DNA of 64,000 nt from Lama guanicoe (lineage: Eukaryota). Position 1 is the stretch's first letter, and each line of letters opens with the position of its first letter. The DNA is taken from positions 629,793-693,792 of the forward strand of contig MU053493.1 of the NCBI GenBank assembly GCA_013239625.1, given 5' to 3'. The notes below the pieces were generated by a model. That model made no database searches, was not told the DNA's origin, and worked only from the letters and a program-made list of their open reading frames with translations. This document shows, piece by piece, positions 13,585 through 28,106 of this stretch. The position numbers and the translations under genes are program-made.

Positions 13585-15545
13585 GAAGAACTTCTGCCAT
13601 TTTCTGTAGTGACTCCACAATTCCACATTCCCATCAAGAGGGTGTAGAGATTCTAATTTTTCTGTATCCTCAGCAACTCTTGTATTTTCTTCTTTGCTAA
13701 TAACTATCCTAACAGATGTGAGGTGATATCCATTTGTGGTTTTGATCTACATTTCCATGATGATTAATGAGGTTGAACACATTTTTTTTATAACTGGTGG
13801 CCTTCTTTGTCTTCTATGTTTGTTTGTTTGTTTGTTTGCAAAATGTCTATTGATGTTCTTTACTTAGATATTTCTAAATTTAATTTAAAATTTTATTTTT
13901 TGCTACTGAGCTGTATGAAATTCTTCTAAATTTTGGGCATTGCCCCCTCCTAAGAGATAGATGGTTTGCAAATAGTTTTTTTTCACTCTGCTGATCCTTT
14001 CCTTTGTTGTGCAGAAGCTTTTTAGTTTGATGTAATCCCACCTGTCTATTTTTGGATTTATTTCATGTGCATTAGGTGTCAAACCCAAGAAATAATTATC
14101 AAGACTAGTGTCAAGATTTTCTTCTATGTATTTTTAAAGAGTTTTACAGCTTCAGATCTTAACATTTGGTCTTTAATCCATTTTGAGTTGATTTATGTGT
14201 ACAGTGTGAGATGGGGTCCAATTTCATTCTTTTGCATTTGGATATCCAGTTTTCTTAACATCATTTGTTGACGGAGGTATCATTTCCCCATTGTGTATTC
14301 TTGGTACCCATATTGAAAATCAGCCAACTATTAATATGTGGTGTTTTCTGATCTCTCCATTCTGCTCTAGTGGTTTATCAGTCTGTCTTTATACTAGTAC
14401 CATACTATTTTAATTACTATAGCTTTGTAATAAACTTTAAAACAGGGAAGTGTGATATCTCAATCTTGGAGATTTTCTCAAAATTGTTTTGGCTATTCTG
14501 TGTCTTTTGTGGCACTGTATGAATTTAAGGGTTTTTGTTTGTTTGTTTGTTTCTGTGAAAAATGTCCTTGGGGTTTCAATAGAGATTGTATTAAATTTGT
14601 TATATGGAATTGGGTAGTATGTCTTTCAGTATTATGTACATTTTAGCAATATTAATTCTTCCAATCCATGAATGTAGGATGTCTTTCCATTTATTTACTT
14701 TTTTTCTTTAATTAAGTTCATCAGTGTCCTATAATTTTCTGGTTTGAGATTATTCCTAAGTGCTTTACTCTTTTTGATGGTACTGTAAGTGGCATTGCTT
14801 TCTTACTTTCCTTTACAGTTGGTTCACTGTTAGTATATAAAACTGCTATACAACTGAACAATCCCACTTCTGGATTTTTTATCCAAAAAAATTGAAATAA
14901 GGATCTGGAAGAGATATCTGCATTCCCATGTTTATTGCAGCATTATTCACAATAGCCAAGACATGGAAACAACCCAAACATCCATTGACAAATGAATGGA
15001 TAAAGAAATTGTGGTGTACATGTGCAATGGAATATTGCCCTATAAAAGGAAATCCTGCTATTTGTGCCAACATGGATGAAGCTAAAATACCTGATTCCAC
15101 ATGGAATAAGCTAGTCACAGAAGGACAAATATTACATGGTTCCACTTACATGAATTTTCTAAAATAGTAAAGGTCATAGAAGCAGAGAACAGAATGGTGG
15201 TTGCCAGAGGCTGAAGGGACTATGAAATGGGGAAGTTGTTCAATGAGTATAAAGTTTCAGTTATGTAAGATGAATAAGTATGTATCATTAACAATACAGC
15301 ATTATACACTTTAAAGTATGTTAAGAGAACAGATCTTATGGTAAGTAATCTTAACCATAGGCAGGCACACACCCACATACACAAACCACAAAGAACACGT
15401 GAAAATTTTTGAAGATCATAGATGTTTAATATCTTGATTGTGCTGATATTATAAGAGGTGTATGCATATGTCCAAAATCATCAAGATGGATATATTCAAT
15501 GTGTGCATTTTAGATCAAGTATATCTCAATAAAGCCTTAAAAAGA
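13585..15545 (+). mobile_element. L1MA-like element with 5' inversion (13585-14835 minus, 14836-15545 plus)
   Basis: Orientation switches at ~14835; the two arms are contiguous in L1 coordinates; ends ctcaataaagccttaaaaaa. Confidence 0.75.
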
Positions 15546-16799
15546 TGATAAGGAGGCTTTAACAAGGAAAAGAATACAAGAATCTGAGAATACTAAATTG
15601 CATGGAGGTCTCTATGGGGAAAAAGAAAAGACTATCTCTACCACCACCAAAAATAACAAAGTGATGAAAACAAAAAGAAACATTGTAAGAAGTATTACAG
15701 AGACATTCTTCCTTTTTCCATAAATCAAGTGTTCCTAGTGCCTATAACAATAAATAAGTGACGCATAATTAAATTATGTGAATAATTATGCCCCAAATGA
15801 CATACACACATGCGTGCACATGCACATGCACACAGTGAAACGTGGCTAAATTGAACCTTGTTAATCATTAAACTAAAGCGAAGTTTTCCATTTGTAAGCT
15901 TTAAATTAAGAAACATTTTCACTCTTTACATGCAAAATTAGTTTAAATGATAATTTGTGATTCTTCTGTATTTTAGCAAAGTGATGCAATAATAAGCAAC
16001 ATGGGTCAGTGGAGACTGAGCCATTACATTCGGAAAGCAGCTGCCATATAATCGAATACCATACAAATATTTTGATTATTTTCCCCACTGACGCTACCCC
16101 AAAGAATTTATCATGAAATCAGTCAAAAGTGAGGATACCACCAATGCATACCCAGATCTTCAATGTAACATCTTTTAAAACAACACAGAAGACTTGAAAG
16201 CAACCTACATTTCTAACAACAAGGTATAATAATTAGTTGAATAACGTTCTTTTTTACCCCATGGATCCACACGTTGTCTAGAAAAACATAGTTGGAGGGC
16301 TCTCTCGCCATTGGGAAAGGGCTTGTTAAATTACTGCTAGGTGAAAATCAGAATATAAATTATATAGAGTTATCATTTCAACTACTCGAGAAACATTCAT
16401 TCATATGCAAAGGAGGACTAACCAGGCACACAAACGATATTATAACATGTATTATGAGTGTGGCATTGAAATTCACTTGATGGGGAAGAGAGAATAATGG
16501 GAGGGACTGGGAAGAGAGGAAAGAAAATCAGTCTTTAGGCAATGAGTAGAGGAGAAACTGTTGCCAGGGAGACCAGTTACTAGGCTCTTGAAATAGCTGA
16601 AATGAGAGTTGATGAAATTCTAAACCAAGGCAAAGGCTGCGGGGATAAATGGAAAGGAAATATTGAGGTTACTATTTGTTTTTAAAGAAAAATCATATCA
16701 GAAAGGATTCTTTCTCTTCAGAAAATAAATGTTCCATGGACCTTCTGACTATTAGAATATATTGAAATTATAGTATTAGATATTGTTTGTTAATTGCTT

Positions 16800-16960
16800 A
16801 ATTAATGCCAAACAATTACCTCTTGTCATTTTTAAAGCAGTCTATGAGGTTGTTTCTATCACTATCCTCATTTTAAAGAGGAGATAACTAAGGTGGAGAT
16901 GGTTACATGCCTTGTCCAACATCTCATGTCCAGTGAGTGGAAGACCTAGAATCCTACCAG
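16800..16960. mobile_element. MIR SINE remnant
   Basis: Core motif tatcctcattttaaagaggagataactaagg...ttgtccaac. Confidence 0.6.
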
Positions 16961-17064
16961 ATATTAGACCCTAACTTTGACCTTGTCTAGTGCCTGAACA
17001 AGGGTAACACAATATACAGACCTGTACCAAGGCTGAAAGTCACCCTCTCTCTCTGAGTCTTCCT

Positions 17065-17225
17065 ACCTTCCTTCCTTCCTTCCTTCCTTCCTTCCTTCCT
17101 TCCTTCTATTTCTTTCTTTCTTTCTTTCTCTTTTCTTTTTTCTTTCCTTTCTCCCTTTCTCTCTTTCTTTCTTCCTTCCTTCCTTTCTTCCTTCCTTCCT
17201 TTCTTTCTTTTTCTTTCTTTCTTTT

Positions 17226-17265
<40 letters not shown>

Positions 17266-17277
17266 TTTTTATCTCTT
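17065..17277. repeat. Compound (CCTT)n/(CTTT)n polypyrimidine microsatellite
   Basis: Directly visible; runs into the assembly gap. Confidence 0.97.
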
Positions 17278-17334
17278 NNNNNNNNNNNNNNNNNNNNNNN
17301 NNNNNNNNNNNNNNNNNNNNNNNNNNNNNNNNNN
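17278..17334. other. Assembly gap (57 N)
   Basis: Run of N between the microsatellite and a poly(T) tract. Confidence 1.
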
Positions 17335-20316
17335 TTTTTTTTTTTTTGTAATATATTTCTAGAATCCTGGACCTCCCTCATGCTTGTTATTCTGGAGATT
17401 GGGGCTGCAGAATTTGCTTCTCTGTGGAAGGTGAACAGTTAACAGGCACACAAGGACAAAGACTTGTGAGTTGCCTCTCAATTAAAGTAAAAAAGAGAAG
17501 GGAGGCTAGGTTTTCACCCTTCAAGTATTGATTGAGAGGGTGAGCAGAGTTGAGAAGTAGAGGGAGGCAGTGGTGGATCTAAAGGAATATGCAAAGGTGG
17601 AGCCGAGTCCCTCTTCTTCGGGAAGTAGCACTAGTCCCTGGGCTACTTTGCAAGCTATATCTGGGTAGACTGGCGGGAGGAGGGAGAACAAACCAGAGGA
17701 ATGTGCTCCAAGGCAGATAAAAGAAGAACACAGGAAGCAGGAGCTTCACTGCAGTAAGGAATGTGTGATGAGCACTCAGTGAAAAGAGACAGAAAGAGGC
17801 AACGTAGCCCACTAGATAGACACTGCAAAGATGATTGCATGAGGATTCTCCAAAATCCAAAGTGGCTGGCTTAGAGCATAGCGGTTATAAGAATGGTTTC
17901 CTTTTCTATATTATGCAGAGTTAATAATAAATTATATACTATTTGTATAAAAATGAATTAAAACCCAATGAACCAATTTGCTCCATTTTGTGGGATTTCC
18001 CTGGGACCCATTCAGTAATACTGCCTTTGTCCCCACAGCCACCCAGGACCTCACCTCTTTCCTTGAACTGATCATCTTTTCACTGCTTCCTCTGCAGGTG
18101 TTTGTTCTTTTAATGTTTTGAGTACATACCCTCTTAATGGCACTAACCAGGGTCCCTTCTGATGACAATGACCCTTAAAGTTGGAATATTGTACAAAATG
18201 TCTTAGCTCTATATCCAAGCTGACAAGTTTGCCTAGAAAAGGAAAACTTTTCTATGAAACATTAGAATGTATATGAAGCAGCAGAATAAATCAAATTAGG
18301 CTGATGATTTAGAAATACTGTTCTACATAAGAAATAGTGATAAGATTAATAAGCCAAAAAATAAAAATGAGAGACTATTGATCCCCTATGTGGTCACCAG
18401 GCAGTTACTATCTTGGCCCTATCAATAAGTAAAAGAAAGAAATGACAAGAATACCCCTTTTAAAAGTAATTTAGAGACAAAGATAATTCTGAAAGATATT
18501 ATACATTATAAGATGGTCCAGTGTCACTAGTTATAACATACGTTTAAATTTAAAAAATGAGTTATCAGTATTAATGTTTGTGGAGAAATAGACATCAATG
18601 GGCTCCTGAGGGGTGCTAAACTGTGAATACATATGTGAAGGCAACACAGAAATATGGGACAAAATGTAATATAATATTATTTACACAGCAATTCCATTTC
18701 TGGAAATACGTAGATTAAGCATTCTAAAATACGGATGCATATGTGTGGCAATCAATACTAGCAAAACCTCAAAAAATCCTAAATGGCTATCCACAAGAAA
18801 TGTTTTTAATATACTATGCCTAGTTAATATAATATAATAGAATATTGAGCATTCCTTAAAGTGCATGAGACATTAACATGGAAATACACTCTCAATATGA
18901 AAACCTATATAAGATATGTAAATATATTATCCCACTATTTTTCCCAGTATATCCATATACAACATAATTGGAAAAATATATAAACTAAACTGTGGTTATA
19001 TATATCTGTGTTTTCAATTAATACCTTTTAAATGTTTAAGTATAATACAATATTTTACTTTGAATAAAGAAAAAACCTTTAAAATGGGCAAAGACAGAAA
19101 CAAGTCACAGCATAAATAAATAATAAATATAAGGAAAATGTTTGACCTTCCAAATGATTAAACAAATTCAAAATCTCAAAGTGGCATACCGTTTCCCTAC
19201 AACAAATACTCAAGGATTTAAAAAAATATGTACTGAAAAGTTGATGAGACAGTACACCTTTCACATCAATGGGACTCAATGAGGCACACCCTAGGAAGCA
19301 CATTGAACATGCCATACCTTGTTTTCCTGAGAAATTTTACATTCAGGGACCAGTATGAATGAGATTAGACAATGTTTTACAAAGATATTTATCATCGTGT
19401 TTGCTTACAATAAAAACTAAATTAAAAAATGAGTCAATAAAGAGTGCATTGTAAAATCATTTTAAATAATGTTTCTGTGGAATTTTTTGAGTCACTGAAG
19501 TCTAGTGATCTAGAGAGCCTCAGAATGTGATATATTAAACATGGCACAAGAGTGGATAGAACCCACTGCAGGTGCACAGAATAGTCCAGATGAAAGGAAT
19601 CAACTCTATTTTTGCTACTTTGGGTTTGCCAGGGGGCAAAGATTCTTTATTAACATACACAATTTACTTAAGAACACCTTGCTCTATGAACCAGAAAGTT
19701 GGGTTAACCTCTGTGCCTTCCACTCACATAATCCTTAACCTAGCCATTAGTTCTACATGCAAAAGAAAACATTTCAGATAAATGAGAAGAAATAAATTTA
19801 ATGGCATTTGGGAGCCTCGGGTCAGGAAGAGAAAGATCCAACTACTGCCTATGGATAGGAATTATTTCAGAGCTAAAGAGTTTAAAGTAAAATTGTATAT
19901 AACTGCCATTAACTCAAGAAAATACTGTATTCATATAAAAAGGCAAAGAAAAAAATCAAGCTCACTATTCCCAAAACAAAGTTACTGCTGAGGTCTTTAC
20001 TCTTCATTTGGTTTCAGAGTGACATTAATCTCTAGGTGGCTAGTGGCAAGCTACATGGAGAAAATGTAATTTCCAGACTGTACTTGATTAATTCTGACCT
20101 AGTGTCCAGAGAATGACTTCTACTAAGCAGAATCAAAGATAGAGTAGATTGTTGGAAAATCCAGTTTCTCTGAATAAGAACATTTGATAGGAGGGAGCAT
20201 CACTGAAGACTGAATGGTACTATTCTTGACTGGCTTTTTGTTCTAAAACACACTGTGATCTGGAGCCCCTAGATTTGCATTCCAGCTGGAAAACAAAACC
20301 CAAAATGAGAACAATA

Positions 20317-22330
20317 GGACAAAAACCAAGATGGCGGAGTGGCAGGACCACGAGCTTACCTCTCCTGGTGACTACAATGAAACCACAACTGACTGGTAAA
20401 TAATTATCCAAAAAAAAGACTGGAACCAGGAAAAAAGATCTTCAAATGAAAACATAAAGAAGGAACCACAGCAGAGTGGTAGGAGGGGCTTGGTCACAAT
20501 ATAATCAGGCTCCATACACCCCCAGGTGGGCGACCCACAAGCTGAGGAATAACTTGGATACAGAGGCCCTCCCATAAGAGTAAGAGTTCAGAGCCCCATG
20601 TCAGACACCCAGCCTGGGGTTCTGGCATTGGAAGGAGGAGGAGACCCCAGGACATCTGGTTTTGAAGACCAGCGGGGCTTAGCTCCAGGAGCCCAATGGG
20701 ACTGAGGGAAACAGAGACTTCCTTCTCCTGGGAAGTGTACACAGAATTTCACATGCTCCAGGTCCAAGGGCAGAGGCAGTGATTTCATAAGAACCTGGGC
20801 CAAACCTGCCTGCTGGTTTTGAAAGCTCTCCTGGGGATGTAGGGGATGGCTGCAGCTCACCCAAGGGACATAAAAGCTGGTGGTAGACATTCTGGGAGTT
20901 TTCATCTACATGAGCTTTCCTGGAGGCAGATATCTTGATTGGATCATTAGCACCAAGACCTAGTCCCACCCAAAAGCCTGTAGGAAAGCCTCAGGCCAAA
21001 CAACATACTGGGTGGGAACACAGCCCGACCCATTTGCAAACTTCCTTAGCCACACATGCCTCTAGACATGGCCCTACCCAACAGAGGTTCAAGGTGAAGC
21101 TTCACTCAGCAATGGGCAGGCACCAGCTCCTCCTGCCAGAAAACCTGCATAAGCTGCTAGTCTGGTCTCATCCACCAGGGGCAGATACCAGAAATAAGAA
21201 AACAACAATTCCAAGATCTGTGGAAAGAATCCACAAACACAGTGCAGACTACACCAGGACCAGCTGGATCCTGGCCCTTGGGTGACAAGAGAGGAGTGTC
21301 CTGCTGGGATGCCTAGGATGAGAGGGCCTACAGAAGGCCACCTCTCCAAGGTCAAGAGATGTAACGTACCTACCTAAAAATACAAATAAAAAGGTAGACA
21401 ATATGAGGTGGCAGAAGAATATCTTCTAGGTCAAGGCATAAGATAAATTCCCAGAAGAAGAAATAAGTGATGAGGAGATAGGTAATTTATCTGAGAAAGA
21501 GTTTAAAGTAATGATGGTGAGGTTGTTCAGAGAACTCAAGAGAAGTATAGATGCACAGAGTGAAGTTTTGAGCAGAGTTAGAAAATATAAAGAATACTCA
21601 AACAGAGCTGAAGAATAAAATCACTGAAATGAATAATACACTAGAAGGAACCAAGAATAGACTAAATGAGGCAAAAGAACAAATCAATGAGCTGGAAAAC
21701 AGATTAGTGGAAATCACTACTGCAGAACAGAAAGAAGAAGAAAGAATGAAAAGAAATGAGGATAGTTTAAGAGAACTCTGGTACAACACAAAGTACACTA
21801 ATATTCACATTATAGGGGGTCCCAGAAAGAGAAGAGAGAAAGAAAGGATCTTTGAAAATTTTTGGAGATATAATAACCCAAAACTCCCCCAATTTGGGAA
21901 AGGAAACAGTCACCAAGTTCAGGAAGCACAGAGAGTTCCACACAGGATCAATAGCTGGGCACATAGTAATCAGATTTACAAAAATTAAGTAAAAGGAGAA
22001 AATACTAAAATTAGCAAGAGAAAAGCAACAAATAGCATACAAGGGAACTTTCGTAAGTTTATCAGCTGATTTTGTAGCAGAAAGTATACAGCCCAGAAGG
22101 GAGTGTCACAATATATTTATAGTGATGAAAGGGAAAAACTTACAACCAAGAATGCTCTGTCCAGCAAGGCTCTTGTGTAGATTTGATGGAGAAATAAAAA
22201 AACTTCACATATAAACAAAAGCTAAAAGAATTCAGCACCAACAAACCAGCTTTACAACAAATATTAAAGGAACTTCTTTTGTCATCAAACCGTAGGAAAA
22301 AGAACAGACAGAAGAAAGGGGGAAAAAACC
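20317..22330 (+). mobile_element. L1 5'UTR plus degenerate ORF1 (older family)
   Basis: YY1 motif AAGATGGCGG at 20328-20337; ORF1 from ~21402 with peptides NNTLEGTKNRLNEAKEQINELENRL and QVQEAQRVP. Confidence 0.88.
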
Positions 22331-22334
22331 CACA

Positions 22335-22870
22335 AAAGATTGCTTTGGCAGTTCGGGGTCTTTTATGATTCCATATAAATTTTGGAATTTTTTGTTCTGG
22401 TTCTGTGAAGAATACTGTGAATAATTTGACAAGGGTTGCATAGGATCTGTAGATTGCTTTGGGTAGTGTGGCCATTTTGATAATGTTGATTCTTCCAATC
22501 CAAGAGCACAAGATATCTTTCAGTTTCTTTCTATCATCTTCAACTTCCTTCATCAACGTTTTACAGTTTTCAGAGTATAGGTAACTTCCTCGGTTAAATT
22601 TATTTCCAGATATTTTGTTGTTTTGGATACAATGGAAATGTTTGTGCCAGTTATAAAATTCTGCTTTTTGAAGTGAAAATAAAAGTGAATGAAGGGCCAC
22701 GAATGGCAAAATACCCTTCTTTCTTATGGGTGAGTTGTATTCCATTACATATATATGCTGCATCTTCTTTATCCATTCATCTTTTGATGTGAACTTAAGA
22801 TGCTTCCATATCTTGGCATTTATAAGTAATGTTACTGTTAATAACAGGGTGTATTTATCTTTTTGAATTA
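22335..22870 (-). mobile_element. L1 ORF2 and 3' fragments
   Basis: Peptide [25 protein letters not shown] on the minus strand. Confidence 0.8.
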
Positions 22871-23518
22871 ATTCTTATCTTGTGGTTGGCTTTACTTCTT
22901 TGTTAACTATGTAAGTTTAAAAAGCTAAAGGTCTAAACATTCTTAGAAACAATGAAGGGTACATATATGTAACTTAAAAATATGTGCACAGTATATATTG
23001 TGTGTGTGTGTGCATGTGCAATATATTGTGCATGTGCAGTCAAATTGTAACAATTCTACCTAATAAAATTGAAAAAAAAAGCCAATAGGGCAGTTACCTT
23101 TTCTGAAGCCCTCAAGGATTTTTAAGAATTCAAAATGACAGTACAAGTTTATAAACATTGTTTCTTCATTTTGTTAAAATAGAATAGAAGTAGAAAAAAA
23201 AACTAGGTTTTTCTATTGAAATCTCATCTTGGAAATTAGCTAGTAGTGATTTAATACAGAAACAAAAAAGCAAACCTTTTATGTCTCAAGCAGCACATCC
23301 ATGAGAGGAAACTACTCAAGACCAGGCAACATCATCTGAAAAGATTAGAAATTAACAAAAGAATATGAGCCTAACGTAGACTGAGAATAGTGTTTCTTCC
23401 TGTAATTGTAATTCATGAAGCATTGAGAAGAGTATGGTTTTCGTCAGCTGTGGAGAACAGTTAGATCTAGACTGGACACTGAGCTGATCCACCCTAACAA
23501 ATCTAAAAAATCTAAGTA

Positions 23519-23984
23519 CAGACAGTTCCTAGCTTACAGCGGTTAGACTTACATGTTTTGACTTTATAATGGTGCAAAAGCAATATGCATTTGGTTGACA
23601 CGGTACTTCAGATTTTGAATTTTGATCTTTCCCAGACTTGTGATATGTGGTATGATCCTCTCATGGTGCTGGACAGTGGGAGTGATCCCAGCTCTCAGCC
23701 AGCCACGCAATCACAAAAGTAAACAACTGATACACTCATCACCATTCTGCTCTTTCACTGTCAGTAAGTTACATGAGATATTCAACACTTTATTATAAAA
23801 TTGGTTTTGTGTTAGATAGTTTTGCCCAATTGTCAGCTAATTTAAGTGTTCTGAGAACTTTGAAGGTAGACTAGGTCAGCTGTGATGTTTGGTAGTTAGG
23901 GTGTATTAAGTGTATTTTCAATATATGATATTTTCAACTTATAATGAGTTTATCACAACCCCAACCTAAGTTGAGGATAATCTG
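23519..23984 (-). mobile_element. Tigger5/MER47-type DNA transposon
   Basis: TA|cagacagttcctagcttac ... taagttgaggataatctg termini; internal gagatattcaacactttattataaa. Confidence 0.8.
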
Positions 23985-24031
23985 TGACTGAAATGAACCC
24001 CAGAATATCTGAATCAAAAATATAGACTTTG

Positions 24032-27000
24032 TGAAGAGGCAGAGCCAAGATGGCAGAGTAGAGAGACTCACAGCTCACCCTCTCCCACAAATACACCAAG
24101 AGTTACACCTACAAACCCACTGAATAACACAGAACACCTACTGAACTCTGGAAGAGTGTCTCTTATTTTGAAATACAGGAGGATTCTCACAATAACTGGT
24201 AAGGAAAAAAAGAAGGAAAAAGAAAAAATCAGTGCAGGACAAGTCTTGCAGGGAGGGAGTGGCATTGGAAGAAAGGCACCACTATGCTGGGACTCCCACT
24301 CTCCAGCCAGGAGGTCAGCAAGGACAGAAGTGGAGCTTTTGAGACTCGGAAGAGAAAGTGATAGCAGACAGAACTAAAGGAAACTGACATGGAGGGTACC
24401 TGTGATCCTCGGCCCTAGATGCAAGCTGGCAGGATTGAGCCAGCTGGGATGAGCCAGTTGGGATGAGTCAGGACTGGCTACTGGATATCGGTAAGGAGCC
24501 CAAGAAGAGAGCTGGGACCCACTGCACCGAGGCAGCCTCAGGGGACTGGAGGGCAGTGTGAGCTTTGGCTGGGGGTGTATGTGGAACAGAACAGCCTGGG
24601 ACCTCCATAAACACCACCTTCATTGTGTGTGGGGGAGGGGCACAATGCAGACACACCATTGACACTTTGTCTGCTTGACTCCATTCTTGGTGTGTTCTCA
24701 CAAGAAGAGAGGTTGGGCTTTATCACAGCCATTGGTGCAGCATGAAGCCAGGGCTGAAAGCTGAATCCATTTCCAGCAGCCCTGCAGCCTCACGGGTGGG
24801 ACTGAGATTTGTTTACAGCCCCAGGCAGAGAGGGAAGATTTGCTTTCTCTGGATGCTTTGTGGACTCTGGGACAAAGGGGCAGTGAGTAGAGTTCTGACT
24901 CAAGACAGGGGTGAATATGGGTATTTACAACAGGCCAGCTTCCCATACTGTATGCAGAGGAGGGGCTAGGATCCTCACTGACCCTGTGGTGCATCACAGA
25001 TTCAAGTGTGTGATTGAATGCTTGCTTCAGTGGGTCCTAGTGCCTGACATTGGTGGATCTGCCCTGGTGGTTCCTGGGGCTCAGAACCTAGGTTACACAA
25101 GAGCAGGTGGTCAACATTTCCACAGCTAAGGAGGGTACAAAGGCAGTGTCAACAAAGAGCACTTTGTAAGCCTTCATAACAAGTGACAAATGACACCACA
25201 GAGGGCATTTACCAGTGGACATCTCCTGCCTACTCTTCTTCCCAGCTGAAGTGCTCCAACACTGCCTATTATACACCACAGCTTAGAATTGGATATAGAA
25301 GCCTCTATTCCAGAAACAGGGGAGCAGACCAGGCTGCTGTTAAGGCTGTGACAACAGAATGAAAAAGACCATGCTCAACAACAACAATCAGGGCAGGCTC
25401 TGATATCACACCAACCACAACCCCAGTCAAAGGGATAACAGCCAACACACATAGAAGAAGATGTGGCAACCATCCATACTAAGAACAGCCCTTGCAAAAA
25501 AAAAAACTATTAGATGCGCATATGCTATACAGGAATGCTCCCACTTTAAACAAAAACAAACAAACAAAAAATAAAACAGCCCTTCAAGACCACAGTAGAT
25601 AACTGATACTCCTAAATCCATAGAGCCAGAGAAATGTAAGTAAAATGAAGCAGAAGGACTACTCCGATTAAATGAACAAGAGAAATCCCCTGAGAGAACA
25701 ATCAATGAAATAGACCTCGATAGTCTACTAGAGCATGACTTCAAAAGGGAGGATGATAAATCACTGAAAGAAATAAGAGAGACTATGACTAGAGACAGAG
25801 AACACTATAAAAAGGAAATAGAAACTAGAAAGAGAGGCCAATCAAAAACAGAAAACTCAGTGGCTGAGATAAGAGCTGAGCTAAAGGCAGTCAAAAGACT
25901 AGATAACACAGAGGAACAAATAAGTGACTTAGAAGACAGGACAACAGAAATTACCCAATCAGAGCTGCAGACAGAAAAGCAAGTAAAAACCAATGAAAGC
26001 AGTATAAGGGACCCATGGGATAATATAAAGTGTGCCAACCTACACATAATATGGGGTCCCAGAAGGAGAAGAAAGAGAAAAGGGAACTGAAATTATGACT
26101 GAAAATTTTCCAAACCTAAAGAAGGAAACAGATATCCAAGTACAGGAGGCACAGAGGGTCCCCAACAAGAAGAACCCAAGCAAACATACACCAAACACAC
26201 ATATAGTAATTAAGATGGCCAAAGTTAAAGACAAAGAAAGGATTTGAAAGGCAGCAAGAGAAAAACAAATAGTTATTACAAGGGAACCCCCATAAGGCTC
26301 TCAGCTGATTTCTCTACACAAATACTTCAGGCCAGAAAGGAGTGACAAGATATATTCAAAGTCCTGAATGAGAAAAAGCTGCAACCTAGGATACTCTATT
26401 CAGCAAGACTATCCTTTTAAGTGGAAAGAAAGAGAAAGAATTTCACAGAAAAGCAAAAAATAAAATAAATTAGCAATATTAAACCTATGCTAAAAGAAAT
26501 ATTTAAAGGTCTACTCTAAATAGAAAACAAACAAGAAGCTACAGAAATGAGAAAACTGTAATTAGAAAGCAATAACTACAGTGAATTGCAAGAGAATAAA
26601 CATGAAAATCTTAAAAAAAAAACTTCAAAAGCATGACAGGTGGGAGAAGGAAGCAAAAAATATATGTTTTTCTCTCTCTCTTCTTTTTTTCCTTCATTCT
26701 TTTTAGGAGCCTACATGCTCAATATCACTAATTACCAGAGAAATGCAAATCAAAACTACAGTGAGGTATCATCTCACACCACTTACAATGACCATCTTTC
26801 AAAAGTCCACGAATGATAAATGCTGGAGAGGTGTGGAGGAATGGGAACTCTCCTGCACTGTTGGCGGGAATGTAGTTTGCTGCAGCCATTACAGAAAACA
26901 GTATGGCAATTCCTCAAAAGACTAAAAATAGACTTACTATATGATCCAGGAATCCCACTCATGGGCATATGTTCAGAAGGAACCTTAATTCAAAAAGACA

Positions 27001-27615
27001 CATGCACCCCAATGTTCATAGCAGCAATATTTACAATAGCCAAGGTATGGAATCAACCTTAAATGTCCATCGACAGATGACTGAATAAAGAAGATATGGC
27101 ATATATATACAATGGAATAGTACTCGGCCATAAAAAAGAATAAAATAATGCCATTTGTAACAACATGGATGAACCTGGAAAATGTCATTCTAAGTGAAGT
27201 AAGCCAGAAAGAGAAAGAAAAATACCACATGATATCACTTATTTGTGGAATCTAAAAAAAAACCTCAAAATGAATCACCTTATTTACAAAACAGAAACAG
27301 ACTCACAGACATAGAAAAGAAACTTATGGCTACTAGCAAGGGAAGAGGGTGGGAAGGGATAAATTGGGAGTTTGAGATTTGCAGATACTAACTAATACAA
27401 ATAAAAATAAATATAAATATATATATATATAAAATAGATAAGTAAGTTTATACTGTATAGCACAAGGGACCATATTCAATATCTTGTAGTAACGTATGGT
27501 GAAGAATATGAGAACAAATGTATGTATGTTCCTAGGTGACTGAAGTATTGTGCTGTACACCAGAAATTGACACAACATTGTAAATCGACTGTACTTCAAT
27601 AAAAATATATTTAAG
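24032..27615 (+). mobile_element. L1 with complete 5'UTR and ORF1 but ORF2 nearly all deleted (half-L1-like)
   Basis: CAAGATGGC at 24046; ORF1 ~25645-26519 (frameshifted); inter-ORF joins the ORF2 C-terminus (MQIKTTVRYHLTP) at ~26715; 3'UTR and A-tail; degenerate TSD aaaaatatagactttg (24016-24031) / aagaatatagagattg (27616-27631). Confidence 0.85.
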
Positions 27616-27639
27616 AAGAATATAGAGATTGACTATTCA

Positions 27640-28072
27640 GTGTTTCTGACAAGAAGGTATTCAAATGTCTGGAATTCAATACCAGACATACAAATAAACA
27701 AGAAAATGCTGCACCCAATTAGAAGAAAATAAACCAATTGAAACTGATCCAGAACAGATACAAATATTAGAAATAGCAGAAAACAAAAACAGCAGAACAG
27801 TTATTAAAACTGTGTTCCACATGTTCCATATGCTTAAAAACTTAGTAAGAGACATTAAAATTATGAAAAAAATCAAAGTTAAACTTCTAGAGTTAAAAAC
27901 TATAATGTGTAAGTTAGAAAATACACTAGATAGACTCAGTGAGAGAGTAGACATTGTATAAGAAAATGCTAGTGAACTTTGAAACATTGCAATAGAAATG
28001 ATTTTAAATTGAACATAGAGAAAAAAATGAGAACAGGAACATCAGTGAGAAAACATCAAGCAGCATAAGATC

Positions 28073-28106
<34 letters not shown>

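Noticed and set aside
17106..17381. Lys/Arg/Glu-rich 91-aa ORF
   Set aside because: Translation of a microsatellite and the N gap.
22140..22763. 207-aa minus-strand ORF
   Set aside because: A mosaic of L1 ORF2 pieces and antisense ORF1.
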